DNA of 64,000 nucleotides from an uncultured virus (IMG/VR IMGVR_UViG_3300042471_001823) (lineage: Duplodnaviria > Heunggongvirae > Uroviricota > Caudoviricetes). Positions 10,211-21,017 of this stretch are shown piece after piece. The notes under the pieces are model-generated. The model was not told the DNA's origin. It was given only the letters and a program-made list of their open reading frames with translations, and did no database searches. Position 1 is the first letter of the stretch, and the number at the start of each line of letters is the position of its first letter. The position numbers and the translations under genes were made by a program. The stretch lies in the IMG/VR virus record IMGVR_UViG_3300042471_001823. One strand, given 5' to 3'.

Positions 10211-10612
10211 ATGGCTTATAATTTTTCTGCAACAATTGACAATCAAACCTATGACATCAAAGCCAGCGATACTGCTGCACTGGCATTTGTCCGCAAAATC
10301 TACGGTGAAGACTTCAAGGAATTGTCTGAAACCGAACTGATTGACAAGATTATTTCTTTGGATACCGACTACAATCTGTTGGATGGTCTAGACCGGATTG
10401 TAAGCAAGTATTTTGACATCACCTTGAACGGTTCCCCCGCTCAATTGCCTATCCTTGGCAAGCTCGATTTAGCCACTGGCATTATCCCCCTGATTCGCAG
10501 TGTCACTGAGGCTTTTCCTAGTGATGGTGAAGTTGATGAAGAAACTGAAGAAACGGGTGATGAGCCTGAAGTTGATGAAGCTGACGAGCCTGACGAGTCC
10601 GATGAAGAGTAA
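10211..10612 (+). CDS. Acidic protein, candidate tail assembly chaperone
   Basis: Directly upstream of the tape measure gene; acidic C-tail. The function is inferred from position only. Confidence 0.45.
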   Translation: MAYNFSATIDNQTYDIKASDTAALAFVRKIYGEDFKELSETELIDKIISLDTDYNLLDGLDRIVSKYFDITLNGSPAQLPILGKLDLATGIIPLIRSVTEAFPSDGEVDEETEETGDEPEVDEADEPDESDEE

Positions 10613-10740
10613 TGTTTTGCGGTAATTAAATTCGTTGCTAGTCAAAATTTATGTTAGCTAAAAAGCCCGTGATTGCAGTCAATCACGGGCTTTTTAATGT
10701 GTTATTATTGTGAATGATTGATTAGGGCGGGTGGGGAATT

Positions 10741-13700
10741 ATGGATAGTTTTTTTCAGCAAAACGCAATAGATCAACAAACATTATTAGCAGGATTAAAA
10801 GCAGAAGTTCCTGTTTTAAAAAATTTAATTGGACAATATCAGCAAGATATAAGAGCCGCAGGATTATCTGTAGATCAATATCAAATTAGTTTAAACAAAT
10901 TAGCTCAAGCAGAATCGCGATTAGCCGACGTTACCGCCGCACTGCCTAGCCCCATGAATGCAGTCAAAAGCGCACTTGCCAATGCACAAGCCGCTGTGGG
11001 TGGGTTAACTGGATCATTCATGCATTTGGGCTTTGTGCAATTTCAGTTCCAAATGGGTGTAAGCGCTGTCACAGGTACTTTCAACCAGATGGCGGGTGCT
11101 GCTATCAATCTACAGCAGCAGTTATTGACGTTACAAGGGGTTTATGCGTCATTAAATAGGATTTCCATCGATGGCACAGAATTAACAGGTGCTAGAGAGA
11201 AAATTCAAGCACTTGTAGTGCCAATGGAAAAAGCCGTAACGCAAATCCGTCAAATTGCGTTAGAAATTTCGGGTGCGACTTCTCAGCAATTAATCGATGT
11301 ATTTAAGGTCATTGCTCAAAATGCATCAGTTGCCAAGATTTCATTGTCTGATTCAGTAGAATTAACTCGTGGTTTTGCTGCTGCCATGACTACGGCTAAC
11401 ATTCCATTGATACAAGCTAACCAAGAAATTGGCAGTATCTTACAGGGGCAAATCACCCAAAACAGTGCATTAGCCCAACAGCTAGGCTTAAACAATGCTG
11501 TCATTGCCCAAGAAAAAGCAAAGGGGACGTTAGCACAATTCCTTAATACTCGCTTTGCTGAAGCAATTGAGATCCAAAAGCAACATAGTAGAACATGGAT
11601 TGGCGTAACTTCTAACGTTCAAGATTATTTTGAATTGATTCAAGTTGCGCTTGGCAAGCCAATGTTAGAGCCAATGATTCAGCAATTGCTGAAAATATTG
11701 GACATTCTTAAAAAAACGCAACCACAGGCTGAGGCGATCGCCACTAATGTAGCAGGTGTGTTTGTCAGGATTGGCACATCAATCAAAGATATGATTGAGA
11801 ACAATTTTGACGCAATTCAAAACATTGGACGGATTATTAGCGCTACGTTTAGCGGCGTGGCAGATGCGATTAATATCGGCTTGTCTTTTGTTAATATCTT
11901 TGTCACAGGACTAGCAAAAGTTAGCTTAATTACTGGGCTTTTAAACTCTGATTTAATTAAAATTTCAGTAACAACTGGCGCTATTTATACATTACTCCAA
12001 AAAATGAACTTGGAGTTAATGTTAGGCAATGCTAGGGCGCTATTCGTGGGAATGATTGAAAGTGCATCGTTACTGCGATCTCAAATAGCGGCAATAAACC
12101 TTGCAAGCATGACCACTGCTTTAACCAGCGCTGGTACTGGCATCAAAACACTGGCAACATCAGCAATTGGCGCAAACCTTGCATTGTTAGCAGTAGCCGC
12201 TACTATTGCCATAATTTATGCCAACCTAGACAAGCTTGATAAAAAACAATTTGGACAAGGCATGGTTAGCTCTGCCCAAATTGCCTACACATCATTTGAT
12301 AAAGCGTTAGAGCGGCAAAACAAGGAACTTGAGAAACGCAATAAACTAGTTAAAGACCGTGACGGTTTAGAGAAAGAATCCAAGGCATACAAGGATTTAT
12401 CGGTTCAGATTGATGCAAGTAATAACAAGCTAGGGGAATACGCCAAACAAACCACCGAAGCGGCTGCCACTGCTAAAACTGCTGCTGATGCCTTGACCCC
12501 TATTGTGTCCGATGAAGGCAATGAAGAATCGCGGACGGCTAAAGCGGTTCAGGACAGCATTAATAAGGCATTAGAAAAGAATAAAAACATTTCAACCCAA
12601 GGTACAGCAGCTTCATTTGTTGGTGGGATTGGTGAAGCATCAGCATTGAAAGTACGTGAGGCTTTATCTCAGTTTAAGCTTGAACAGGGCGTAAATATTG
12701 AACAGAGTGCCGCTCAAATACTGTCTACCGCTGAAACTGCTTTTGCTGGTGGCGGTGTTGGCTTTGAAGAAATTTATGGCACTGTTAATAGCATTTTAGA
12801 TAGTCAAAGAGCGCAGGTGGAAACACGGTTAAAAGCGCTTGGTGAATTACAAAAACTGTTAGATGAAAATCTAAAAAGCTACTTAGCAAATTTCAAGGCT
12901 AATGCCGATCAATTTGTTTTATCTGCCAAGATGGGACTTGGCGCAACAGAAGAGGTTAGAGACCTTTTTGAAACAGAACCAGGGGATGGATTTGATCAAG
13001 GATTTAAAGCCATTGCTAAAACAATGGAGTTTGAAAAAGAATCCTACGAAAAGCGATTGCACGATCTAAAAGTTTTCTATGAGAGAAGGCAAAAGCTTCT
13101 AGATGGTGAGAACAAAAAAGAAATTGAGAAGTTAATCAACCAAGAAAATGAGATTAAAAAGAAGCTTAGAGAACGTACCCAAAAAAGCAATGAATTTAAA
13201 GCCGATCCTAACTTAATCGCGTCTTTGCAAGGTCAGCTTAACCCTTTAAGTAACGAGCTTTTTAGAAATAAAGCACGAAGCGAGCAGTTGGCGATGCAAT
13301 CCGCTGCAATCGTTAATGAAGGTAGACCAGGGGCAGCAAGAGCAAAACGTGAAATCGAATCTGAGCAAATCCAAATCAGAAACAGAAATATTGCATTATC
13401 TGCACAAATTGATTCAATCAACGAAAGACTAGATAAAGCAAAAGGAAAAGGTGTCATTCTTACTCAAGCTGAGGGTGATCAACTTGTCGAACAATTACGA
13501 AAGACTCAGGATTTACGGGCTAAAGCAGAAACAGGTTTTTTAGAGCGTAAGAAGCGCGATCAAGATGCCAACGACGCACAAGTTAAAGAACTAGAAAACA
13601 AGCGATTGCAAGCCGAAATCAAAGCGGATGAAGACCGTTATAACTTGTCGCGTCAACGATTAGAAGCACAAATAGCTTCTAGAAACCTAGACATTCAAGG

Positions 13701-15324
13701 TGCTGAAAAACTCCTACAAAGAGATATTTTACGGCTAAGAAGAGATGGTTTTGAATCAGAAATAAAACTCAAATTCCAACAAAATGGAATCGAAGAAAAC
13801 TTGTTAGCAGAACGGGTTAAGGTATTAAATGATTCAATCAGGAATGAACAAATCATCTTATCCAAGCGTCGCTTCATGTCTGCTGAAGAGCGAGAAAAAG
13901 CACAGCTAGCAATTTCCCAGAAAGTTTTAGAAGTATCTGAACTGCAAAACAAGCAGTTAGAAATTCAGATCCAAAAAGCGGCGATCCTCAATGAAATTAA
14001 CAAGATTCAGCCATTAGAGCAACAATCCCAAATGCTTGGCTTGATCAACAAGTTGTTAGAGGCTCAAAACAGTTTAAAACTGGCATCACTACAGTTAGAG
14101 ACGGCGATCGCTGATGTGTCAATTAAAGCATCAGAGCGTAAATCCGCACAGCTTAAAGAGGGTCAAGGGATTCTTAGAGAGTTAGGCGGTGAAGCCCGTA
14201 AAGAACAGTTTGAAGGGGATAAACAAGGCAATCAAGGGACGATTGATGCTGAGAAAAAGCGGGTTGCATTGGAGCGCTTGTCAGAAATTGGCATCAGTGC
14301 TGGCATGACTGAACGCCAAATTGCCATGCAGATTTATGATCAAGAGATGAAAACCTTGGAACTCAAAGCGCGGCGCTTTGAGATGGAAGAAAAAGCAAAT
14401 AAGGCAAAGCTAGAGTATGAGCTACGGTCTAAGGATATTGCTGCACAGCAGGAAGTACTACAAGCCAAAATCGCTTTAGCTAAAGCTGAGGGGACAAAGG
14501 ATGAGAGGCAAATCGCCTTAGCACAAGCACAGTTAAATCTTGCTACTGAGGGACTTGGCATTGTTAAAGAGCAAGGCATAGTCCAACGTGACCTAAGCAA
14601 AATCCAAACCGAAGCAGCTAGAGAACAGTTTAACTTTGAGCAAGGCACAGCGGCTTATAAACTAAACCAAGCCGCTCCTGATCAAATGGTGTTTGGTGCT
14701 AGAACCAGTAACAGGGTTTACGCCGGACGGGTCAACGCACCTGAAGGATTCCTAGGCAGTCCTAAAGATGCTGCCGATGTGTTGTTTAGAGGGCAAAGGG
14801 ACAATAATGCAGTAGCAGGGCTAAGGCAAGACACAGACACGGCTTTAGAGCTAATAAATAACAGTGGGATTAACTCAACTACTAATCAAGTGGTTAAGCT
14901 TAAAAGTGAGGTCATGCTCACTACCACGCAATTTGAGAGGCTTAAGGGCAGTATTGAGTCATTCCCTAGCTTGAATATCTCACCAGTGCTTAGCCGGTTT
15001 ACAGGCGGGTTTACGCCTAAGTCAGTGCCAACCTTGGTTAATGAACAAGGACAAGAGGCATGGACTGATCTCAGCAGTGGGAAAACTCAGTTATTCCCCT
15101 TTGGTGCAAGAATTGTGTCCTTGCCTAATGATTCATGGGTGCATAATGCCCAGCAAACCGCGCAAATCACGAATATGACAAATCCTATGGCAATGGTGGT
15201 TGATGAGCTTAGAGCGCTAAAACAATCGCTACTGAGTGAGTCTAGAAACCTTGTACTAAACTTTGCTAACGACCCGCGCCCTGACCTTACGGCTTATCGT
15301 GTGGCTAGAGAGATGTTGAGGTAA
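10741..15324 (+). CDS. Tail tape measure protein
   Basis: 1527 aa, rich in Ala/Gln/Leu. Has a tape-measure-like N-terminal region (QEIGSILQGQITQNSALAQQLG), a hydrophobic segment, long coiled coils and a C-terminal RFTGG...LVNEQGQE motif. Confidence 0.88.
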   Translation: MDSFFQQNAIDQQTLLAGLKAEVPVLKNLIGQYQQDIRAAGLSVDQYQISLNKLAQAESRLADVTAALPSPMNAVKSALANAQAAVGGLTGSFMHLGFVQFQFQMGVSAVTGTFNQMAGAAINLQQQLLTLQGVYASLNRISIDGTELTGAREKIQALVVPMEKAVTQIRQIALEISGATSQQLIDVFKVIAQNASVAKISLSDSVELTRGFAAAMTTANIPLIQANQEIGSILQGQITQNSALAQQLGLNNAVIAQEKAKGTLAQFLNTRFAEAIEIQKQHSRTWIGVTSNVQDYFELIQVALGKPMLEPMIQQLLKILDILKKTQPQAEAIATNVAGVFVRIGTSIKDMIENNFDAIQNIGRIISATFSGVADAINIGLSFVNIFVTGLAKVSLITGLLNSDLIKISVTTGAIYTLLQKMNLELMLGNARALFVGMIESASLLRSQIAAINLASMTTALTSAGTGIKTLATSAIGANLALLAVAATIAIIYANLDKLDKKQFGQGMVSSAQIAYTSFDKALERQNKELEKRNKLVKDRDGLEKESKAYKDLSVQIDASNNKLGEYAKQTTEAAATAKTAADALTPIVSDEGNEESRTAKAVQDSINKALEKNKNISTQGTAASFVGGIGEASALKVREALSQFKLEQGVNIEQSAAQILSTAETAFAGGGVGFEEIYGTVNSILDSQRAQVETRLKALGELQKLLDENLKSYLANFKANADQFVLSAKMGLGATEEVRDLFETEPGDGFDQGFKAIAKTMEFEKESYEKRLHDLKVFYERRQKLLDGENKKEIEKLINQENEIKKKLRERTQKSNEFKADPNLIASLQGQLNPLSNELFRNKARSEQLAMQSAAIVNEGRPGAARAKREIESEQIQIRNRNIALSAQIDSINERLDKAKGKGVILTQAEGDQLVEQLRKTQDLRAKAETGFLERKKRDQDANDAQVKELENKRLQAEIKADEDRYNLSRQRLEAQIASRNLDIQGAEKLLQRDILRLRRDGFESEIKLKFQQNGIEENLLAERVKVLNDSIRNEQIILSKRRFMSAEEREKAQLAISQKVLEVSELQNKQLEIQIQKAAILNEINKIQPLEQQSQMLGLINKLLEAQNSLKLASLQLETAIADVSIKASERKSAQLKEGQGILRELGGEARKEQFEGDKQGNQGTIDAEKKRVALERLSEIGISAGMTERQIAMQIYDQEMKTLELKARRFEMEEKANKAKLEYELRSKDIAAQQEVLQAKIALAKAEGTKDERQIALAQAQLNLATEGLGIVKEQGIVQRDLSKIQTEAAREQFNFEQGTAAYKLNQAAPDQMVFGARTSNRVYAGRVNAPEGFLGSPKDAADVLFRGQRDNNAVAGLRQDTDTALELINNSGINSTTNQVVKLKSEVMLTTTQFERLKGSIESFPSLNISPVLSRFTGGFTPKSVPTLVNEQGQEAWTDLSSGKTQLFPFGARIVSLPNDSWVHNAQQTAQITNMTNPMAMVVDELRALKQSLLSESRNLVLNFANDPRPDLTAYRVAREMLR

Positions 15325-15370
15325 GGGGTGGTATAATAAGTAGTTACACGCAACACTATCACGCATTATT

Positions 15371-15622
15371 ATGAAGGTTAACCTTGACGAGTTTTCGTTT
15401 GATGTTCATAAACTGCCGGATGGTGAATACGCCATTTCGGTGACGGACAGTCTAAGCACTTGGCTACATGGCAAGTATGAAGGCGAAACAATTTCAACCA
15501 AAGAACTTGCCAAGATTGCTGTTCGTGAGGCAATAACTAATGTAGACCCAAAAGCAATTATTATTCTTGCCTCACTAGCTGAGTTCGGACTAGAACAGGC
15601 TTTGAACAATGCTTTTAAGTAA
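15371..15622 (+). CDS. Short antirepressor-like protein related to the 25405/32571 family
   Basis: DVHKLPDGEYAISVT resembles DGLMLPNGDFAIAVS. Confidence 0.5.
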   Translation: MKVNLDEFSFDVHKLPDGEYAISVTDSLSTWLHGKYEGETISTKELAKIAVREAITNVDPKAIIILASLAEFGLEQALNNAFK

Positions 15623-15643
15623 TTGTTGATTGATTGTAAAGCT

Positions 15644-15680
15644 AAACAAAGCGCTTAGGATTTACTCTAAGCGCTTTGTT
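15644..15680. terminator. Bidirectional intrinsic terminator, AAAGCGCTTAG-n-CTAAGCGCTTT family
   Basis: Stem flanked by A and T tracts between convergent genes; related copies at 16412, 18272, 24794 and 26099. Confidence 0.8.
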
Positions 15681-15749
15681 GGTTGTTATTACAATAAATA
15701 CTTTTTAGGCAATTGGCTAAACACGCTTGTAGTAAATATTAGTCTTTGC

Positions 15750-16304
15750 TTAGGATGACAACCACTCAACTTTTATATTAAATTTTGAGCAATGATGTTC
15801 GACCATTTTTTTAAATAATGAATGACAAGCGCCAAACAAAACTAAAATCAACCCATGACTTGGATAATATTCTTGATAAACCAATAATTGCCCTAGCCCT
15901 GATTTCCAACTTTTGACAGTTTTTATTTCGATGATAAATCGTGAAGTAAGCAAATCAATTCGACCAGCAGGAGTGGAAACCTCTATCGATCCGCCCTTTT
16001 TTTTGTGAAGCAAAGATTGAAGTTGTTTTTCTTCGTTAGCTAATTCTTTTTTTTGTATTTTAAGCTTTTCAAAGCAATCAATAGTTAACATTACACAAGC
16101 TCTAGGACGACCAGCCCCAGCGGTTTTAAGGCGGCTGACTAAAAAGTCTTGACCCTCTTCAAAGTTGGATTTGAGCTTGCTGAGACAGTCGCTTTTCTGG
16201 TTATACCCTAGCCACACCCATGCATCATCAAGGTCAATCGGATAAGCCTCATTGCTGTTATAAAAACTGGTTGCAAGTTCTTGGGAGAATGCTATATTAG
16301 TCAT
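15750..16304 (-). CDS. AntA/MSV199-like N-terminal domain plus PD-(D/E)XK-like C-terminal domain
   Basis: YPIDLDDAWVWLGY..KS....L..NF..G.DF, then EVSTPAGRIDLLT..IIEIK..KSWKSGLGQLLVY. Confidence 0.75.
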   Translation of the reverse strand: MTNIAFSQELATSFYNSNEAYPIDLDDAWVWLGYNQKSDCLSKLKSNFEEGQDFLVSRLKTAGAGRPRACVMLTIDCFEKLKIQKKELANEEKQLQSLLHKKKGGSIEVSTPAGRIDLLTSRFIIEIKTVKSWKSGLGQLLVYQEYYPSHGLILVLFGACHSLFKKMVEHHCSKFNIKVEWLSS

Positions 16305-16461
16305 GTGAACAACCCTTGGTAAGTTTACAGGCTTGGGTATTGTCACTACCGCGAAGCCATTAATATTTTACCATTTATTTCTTTGTCGTACAACAATTTA
16401 GCAAATAAACCAAAAGCGCTTAGGACATTACTCTAAGCGCTTTGTTGCTTGTGCGTGTATT

Positions 16462-16960
16462 TTATTTTCGCTTCAATCCGATATGAAGGCAATCAGCATC
16501 AGGATCGAACTTAGGCTTTATGCCAAACAATTCTGTATGATCCCACAGTGCGTAGTACGGGGAATAGTCAAACTCTACTTCAACCACCTCACGAAACGAA
16601 AGGAAATACCCGTCAAAATCCCACTGAGTAATCTTGTTATCGGTTTTGCTCTTAACATGGGCTTTTAAAAGCTTCTTAGCCTTTGCCTCATCATAATCGG
16701 AATCAGGGTCAATGCCGATGTCTTCAACTGACAAACCACTAGCAAAAACCATCCGAGCAATACGCCGCTCACAGACAGCCGCTTGCTCATCCGTGATTTC
16801 ACCATCTAGCTCTAGAGCCAGTTTGTTTAGCTCTTCATCACTCAGGGAGAGGTCTGTTATCTCATCTTGGGTGAACTCATCTTGGGTGAACTCATCTTGG
16901 GTTAGTTCATCTTGGGTTGATCCACCTTGGGCTAGTTCATCTTGCAAGTCCAAATCTACA
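16462..16960 (-). CDS. Acidic hypothetical protein with QDEFT pentapeptide repeats (start uncertain)
   Basis: 15-bp tandem repeats at 16860-16945; ends at the terminator at 16412-16443. Confidence 0.55.
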
Positions 16961-17385
16961 CTTTTGTCCAAAAGTTTAGGCAAGTCATCACACGCAGGCA
17001 AGGTGGCAACCCACAAAATCAAGGCACATGGGGACATCCCGAAGTTGCAAAAGAATTTGAAAGATGGTGTTCTCAATCTGAAATCAAAAAATCAACAAAA
17101 TCTTTTGAGTCTTCTATTAGAGACAGTCTTGCCATTCAGCTAAAAGGAAAGACAGAAGTGCCGTGTAAGACAGGTTTTGTTGACATCCTGACTAATCAAG
17201 AGGTTATCGAAGTCAAGGCAATCAAACACTGGAAAGCGGCTATAGGTCAAGCGCTTGTTTATGCCTGTGAATTTCCCACCAAAAAACCTCGTGTTCACCT
17301 TTTTGGTGAAACTTCTACAGAAATGAAGCAGATGATTGTATCTTTTTGTTCTAAGTTGAATGTTGCGGTGACTTTTGAAGACTAA
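16942..17385 (+). CDS. 5'-truncated KilA-N plus PD-(D/E)XK-like domain
   Basis: QGGNPQNQGTWGHPEVAKEFERW is the C-terminal end of KilA-N; EVPCKTGFVDILT..VIEVK..HWKAAIGQALVY is paralogous to the 15750 gene. Confidence 0.65.
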   Translation: MQVQIYTFVQKFRQVITRRQGGNPQNQGTWGHPEVAKEFERWCSQSEIKKSTKSFESSIRDSLAIQLKGKTEVPCKTGFVDILTNQEVIEVKAIKHWKAAIGQALVYACEFPTKKPRVHLFGETSTEMKQMIVSFCSKLNVAVTFED

Positions 17386-17513
17386 GATACAAGCAAAATA
17401 ACAATCGCTGCTAAGGTTTTTATTGATGATTTACAGCTAAAAATGGTAAAATATTAAAATACCTCGCGATGTTGGAGCATCCGAGGATTGATCAACCTAC
17501 TATACAGGTCAAC

Positions 17514-18257
17514 ATGTCAAATATATCAGTTTTTAACTTTGATTCGCAAGAAATCCGCTTTGTTGATGGGAAACCTGTAGCCAATGATGTCGCTAAGGTT
17601 TTAGGGTATAAAGATCCTGCAAACGCGGTAACTCGAATTGTTAAACCGAACAATCGAAGTGTTTGTAAATTACAAACACTTGACCGAAAGCTCCGTGATG
17701 TAACGGTTCTAGAAGAGGCTGGCATCTATCAATTGATTTTTTCGTCTAAACTGGCTGCTGCCGAATCCTTTCAACAATGGGTGTTTTCAGAGGTACTTCC
17801 AAGTATTCGCAAAACTGGTAGCTACGCCCCAATTCAATCCTTAGCCCCATTCTGGTATCAACGCTTGCTACTTGACCAGAAAACCAATACCGTCCCTAAT
17901 GGCTACTTCTCGATTTTCCGTGAGGTTATCCCCTTGGTTGGTGATTTGGAAGCAGCGGGGTACGTGCTACCTGATAACGCAGTACCAGATATTAGCGTAG
18001 GGTTGCGGTGGGTGGCATACCTTAAAACAATCAATATCGTGGTTCAGGATGTTGCCAGATATTATCCTCACACTTACCCTGACAAGCGCGGTGTTAGAGA
18101 TGTTTACTGCTACCCTGAGTCTATGCTCCCAGCCTTTCGGCAGTGGTTTAGAGAGCAGTATAAGACCGATCACTTGTACCGATACCTCAAGACCAAAGAT
18201 AAGGCATCACTGCCAGCCGTTGACAAGGTGATTCATGCTTTGATGGCAGCGGGTTAA
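17514..18257 (+). CDS. Bro-N domain protein
   Basis: VFNFDSQEIRFVDGKPVANDVAKVLGY...EAGIYQLIFSSKL...FQQWVFSEVLPSIRKTGSY. Confidence 0.88.
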   Translation: MSNISVFNFDSQEIRFVDGKPVANDVAKVLGYKDPANAVTRIVKPNNRSVCKLQTLDRKLRDVTVLEEAGIYQLIFSSKLAAAESFQQWVFSEVLPSIRKTGSYAPIQSLAPFWYQRLLLDQKTNTVPNGYFSIFREVIPLVGDLEAAGYVLPDNAVPDISVGLRWVAYLKTINIVVQDVARYYPHTYPDKRGVRDVYCYPESMLPAFRQWFREQYKTDHLYRYLKTKDKASLPAVDKVIHALMAAG

Positions 18258-18324
18258 GGTATTTGTATTAACAAAAAAACAAGCGCCCTAGATTTGATTC
18301 TAGGGCGCTTGTTTTTTGATGCTA

Positions 18325-18525
18325 CTAACCAGCAGACACCTTAACTAACGGTTCATAGGGCAAATCCCCTTCAAACGGGACTTGAATCTCTTGCTCATCC
18401 ATAAAGACAAGCAACAAAAACGCATCATCATCCGATTTCATAGCATAAGCCAGTTTGGAGTTAGGAATAGCGCCCTCATAGGGTGCTTCAATTTTCCGAC
18501 CCGACTCAAATTGTAAAGTAATCAT
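18325..18525 (-). CDS. Hypothetical protein (MITLQFESG...)
   Basis: AAGG SD; the upstream extension in the track consists of 21-bp tandem repeats. Confidence 0.45.
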   Translation of the reverse strand: MITLQFESGRKIEAPYEGAIPNSKLAYAMKSDDDAFLLLVFMDEQEIQVPFEGDLPYEPLVKVSAG

Positions 18526-18689
18526 ACCTTTGCTACCTTGACGCGGTGAACGCCTAACCCTTTGTGAATTAGGAAATACCACTAGGCAGAATCGAACTGC
18601 CTTCAATGCCCTATTAGTGGTCAGTAATGCCTTGTCAGTAGTCAGTAATGCCTTATTAATGCTTAGCAATGCCTTATTAGTGGTTACAA

Positions 18690-19160
18690 TTAATGATTCC
18701 GAATAACAATCGCGTCATCAGCAATCGCGTGATACGCTTCCCAGTGACTTGCAACCTTACGCCATGCATCCTGAATCACTTCTGCGGGTACATTGCGCTT
18801 ACGCTTGGCATTACGTTGCAAACAGATCGTCATAGGCACGAATACCCAAATCATCTTAACCTTGAAACCAGCAGCACGAGCCGCTGCTACCCGTGCCTCA
18901 ACGTTAGCGCGGGTTTTGCCAGTACCATCAAGGATAAAGGACTCCTCACCTTGTAGCATTGCGTCCCATTGGGTTTCCATCTGCTCGGATGCCCATTCGT
19001 GCAACTCATGGGGTTGCTTAGCACCTGACAAGTAGTCAGGATGAGACTCAATGAAGTTGTCACTGTTAACGATTTTTAAACTCTTGAGGGTTTCATCATT
19101 CTTGATAACGAATGATTTTCCAGAACCACCAGCACCAACCATAAATACTACCGTTTTCAT
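18690..19160 (-). CDS. P-loop kinase, AAA_33/zeta-toxin-like family
   Basis: Walker A GAGGSGKS, ILDGTG, RNAKRKRNVPAEVI. Confidence 0.85.
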   Translation of the reverse strand: MKTVVFMVGAGGSGKSFVIKNDETLKSLKIVNSDNFIESHPDYLSGAKQPHELHEWASEQMETQWDAMLQGEESFILDGTGKTRANVEARVAAARAAGFKVKMIWVFVPMTICLQRNAKRKRNVPAEVIQDAWRKVASHWEAYHAIADDAIVIRNH

Positions 19161-19396
19161 TGCTTTGTACCCGCGCTTTGTTTTTTGTGTATGGATACAA
19201 TTTAGCGTGATACTGAATTAATGTCAATACGTTAATTAGTTATAGGTCAATTATGTATTGATAATAAAAACTTATGTTTGATGTTTTGGGGCGTTTGTGG
19301 CATAAATACCCACTACTAATACTTGTCAACAACAATGATTAACTATCGTTAACTACCACTAATACTCATCAACAAACAATTATCAACCATCGACAA

Positions 19397-20872
19397 CTAC
19401 CACTGATACTCATCAACAAACGACTGTGCTAAAAAGTAATTAGCATAATCCCCTTGTACATCACAATGCCTTAGCCAATCACCTGTGGTGCGAATAATAG
19501 GCAATTCAAAATCAGCAATTATCCGATGCATCACCGAAAAGTACTCATGCTGTGGGAAGTTAGGCGGTTGCGTTGCGCTGTAGGTGGTTACGGTATCGCC
19601 TGACTGTTCAACGCCGTCCATAGAGCAAATAGTTAATAGTGGTACGCCGTCCCTTTGGCTATCAAATGTAAAGCCAGAGGGTTGGTAAGGGTAGGGAGTA
19701 AAGATCAAGTCATTAAATGAAGCAGCTTTATGCGCCGATGGTCTGTAATCGCCCAAATACCTGACTTGATCAATATATTTTAACGGCTGATTGGGAAACC
19801 GTTGTAGCCACCTAGTACTAGTCCTAAATTTAGTTTGATTAGTAGTAGTGCATGACACACCCATGAACGAACTTTGCACGTTCTGAGTCAATGCTTGATA
19901 ATCATTAGTCCAAATCGCAGTAGTATCATCTGGATAATCATTAGTGCTTGTAAAATCTGGCTTACCCCAGCTATAAAAACCAGCATAAATCCTGCTACCA
20001 TCGCTTAAAGTTGGTTCGATTGCCACAGGATAAGTCGTATTATTTGCTGATTTTGTGCTTATTTCTGATGTATAATAAACATTTATAATGTCTTGTCCGC
20101 CTGAGATTGATCCCAATGCATTGATAAAATTACTTCCAAAATTAGGATGTAAAGGCATTTCCCATATCGCGCCGCTACCGCCCTGAGATACAAAATCTTG
20201 AGTCACAGTAAAATATGAAGTTGTAGAAGTATGGGTAACGTCCCAAAAAAAACTAAGCGGTAAGTGAATCACAGCATAATCACTAGCTGTCACAGGCAAT
20301 TCATAGTTGCTATCCAAATAATCAACATCCCACCCGTCTACTGGGATTGGCTCATCAATTTTTTTAGTACTTGACACCAAGTAATCAGGCATTCCCAATG
20401 CTTTCCAGATGTTAACAATTTCGCTTTTATTTTGGCTGCCAAATGGGGTGTAACTACCATCAGTGTTGTAGTAATGGAAAAATTTCACATCCTGATGATT
20501 TAGGTATTGCCAGTAAGTCAGGTCTTTGTACTTCTCTGGAATCAGGGTTAACACCCCTTTACGCTTAAATGCCCTGCTACGCCTTGGAACGATAAGCTGT
20601 GGTGCTTTGCGGTGATGTAAGCCAATGGCATTCTCAGCGGGGTTAACTGATGCCGAAACAAAGCGATCCGGTGGTGCAACCCCTTCAAATGTTTTCACGC
20701 CATTTGTGCCTACACCACCATCTGGATACCAAACCTCAAACCGTCCTGTCATGCCTACGGGATTACCAATGCGATAGCGCTCTGATTGTTGGATTTTTCG
20801 TGCTTCAACATTAGCCTGATAGTTGGCTACGGCTTTGATTTCATTAAGTCTAGAGCGCTCGTCCGGTTCCAT
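19397..20872 (-). CDS. Hypothetical, likely virion tail-associated protein
   Basis: 491 aa, rich in Tyr/Thr/Ser/Asp. The function is inferred from composition. Confidence 0.55.
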   Translation of the reverse strand: MEPDERSRLNEIKAVANYQANVEARKIQQSERYRIGNPVGMTGRFEVWYPDGGVGTNGVKTFEGVAPPDRFVSASVNPAENAIGLHHRKAPQLIVPRRSRAFKRKGVLTLIPEKYKDLTYWQYLNHQDVKFFHYYNTDGSYTPFGSQNKSEIVNIWKALGMPDYLVSSTKKIDEPIPVDGWDVDYLDSNYELPVTASDYAVIHLPLSFFWDVTHTSTTSYFTVTQDFVSQGGSGAIWEMPLHPNFGSNFINALGSISGGQDIINVYYTSEISTKSANNTTYPVAIEPTLSDGSRIYAGFYSWGKPDFTSTNDYPDDTTAIWTNDYQALTQNVQSSFMGVSCTTTNQTKFRTSTRWLQRFPNQPLKYIDQVRYLGDYRPSAHKAASFNDLIFTPYPYQPSGFTFDSQRDGVPLLTICSMDGVEQSGDTVTTYSATQPPNFPQHEYFSVMHRIIADFELPIIRTTGDWLRHCDVQGDYANYFLAQSFVDEYQW

Positions 20873-21017
20873 AGTTTTTAGTACTGCAAATTAACCCGCT
20901 TTAACATTGTAAAGTTTTCACAAACCACTAATCAATCCGCTTTAGCATCATAGAGTTTTTGTGCTTTACTAATTAATTCACTTGCTTTGACATTGTAAAA
21001 TTTTCATGAACCACTAA

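Noticed and set aside
11316..14648. Minus-strand ORFs within the tape measure gene, and similar antisense ORFs in nrdJ, rep, dnaN and the portal
   Set aside because: They are antisense shadows of long genes with biased codon use and show no motifs or start signals.
18690..19160. Zeta toxin-antitoxin module
   Set aside because: Only a generic P-loop kinase signature is visible and no antitoxin partner can be supported.
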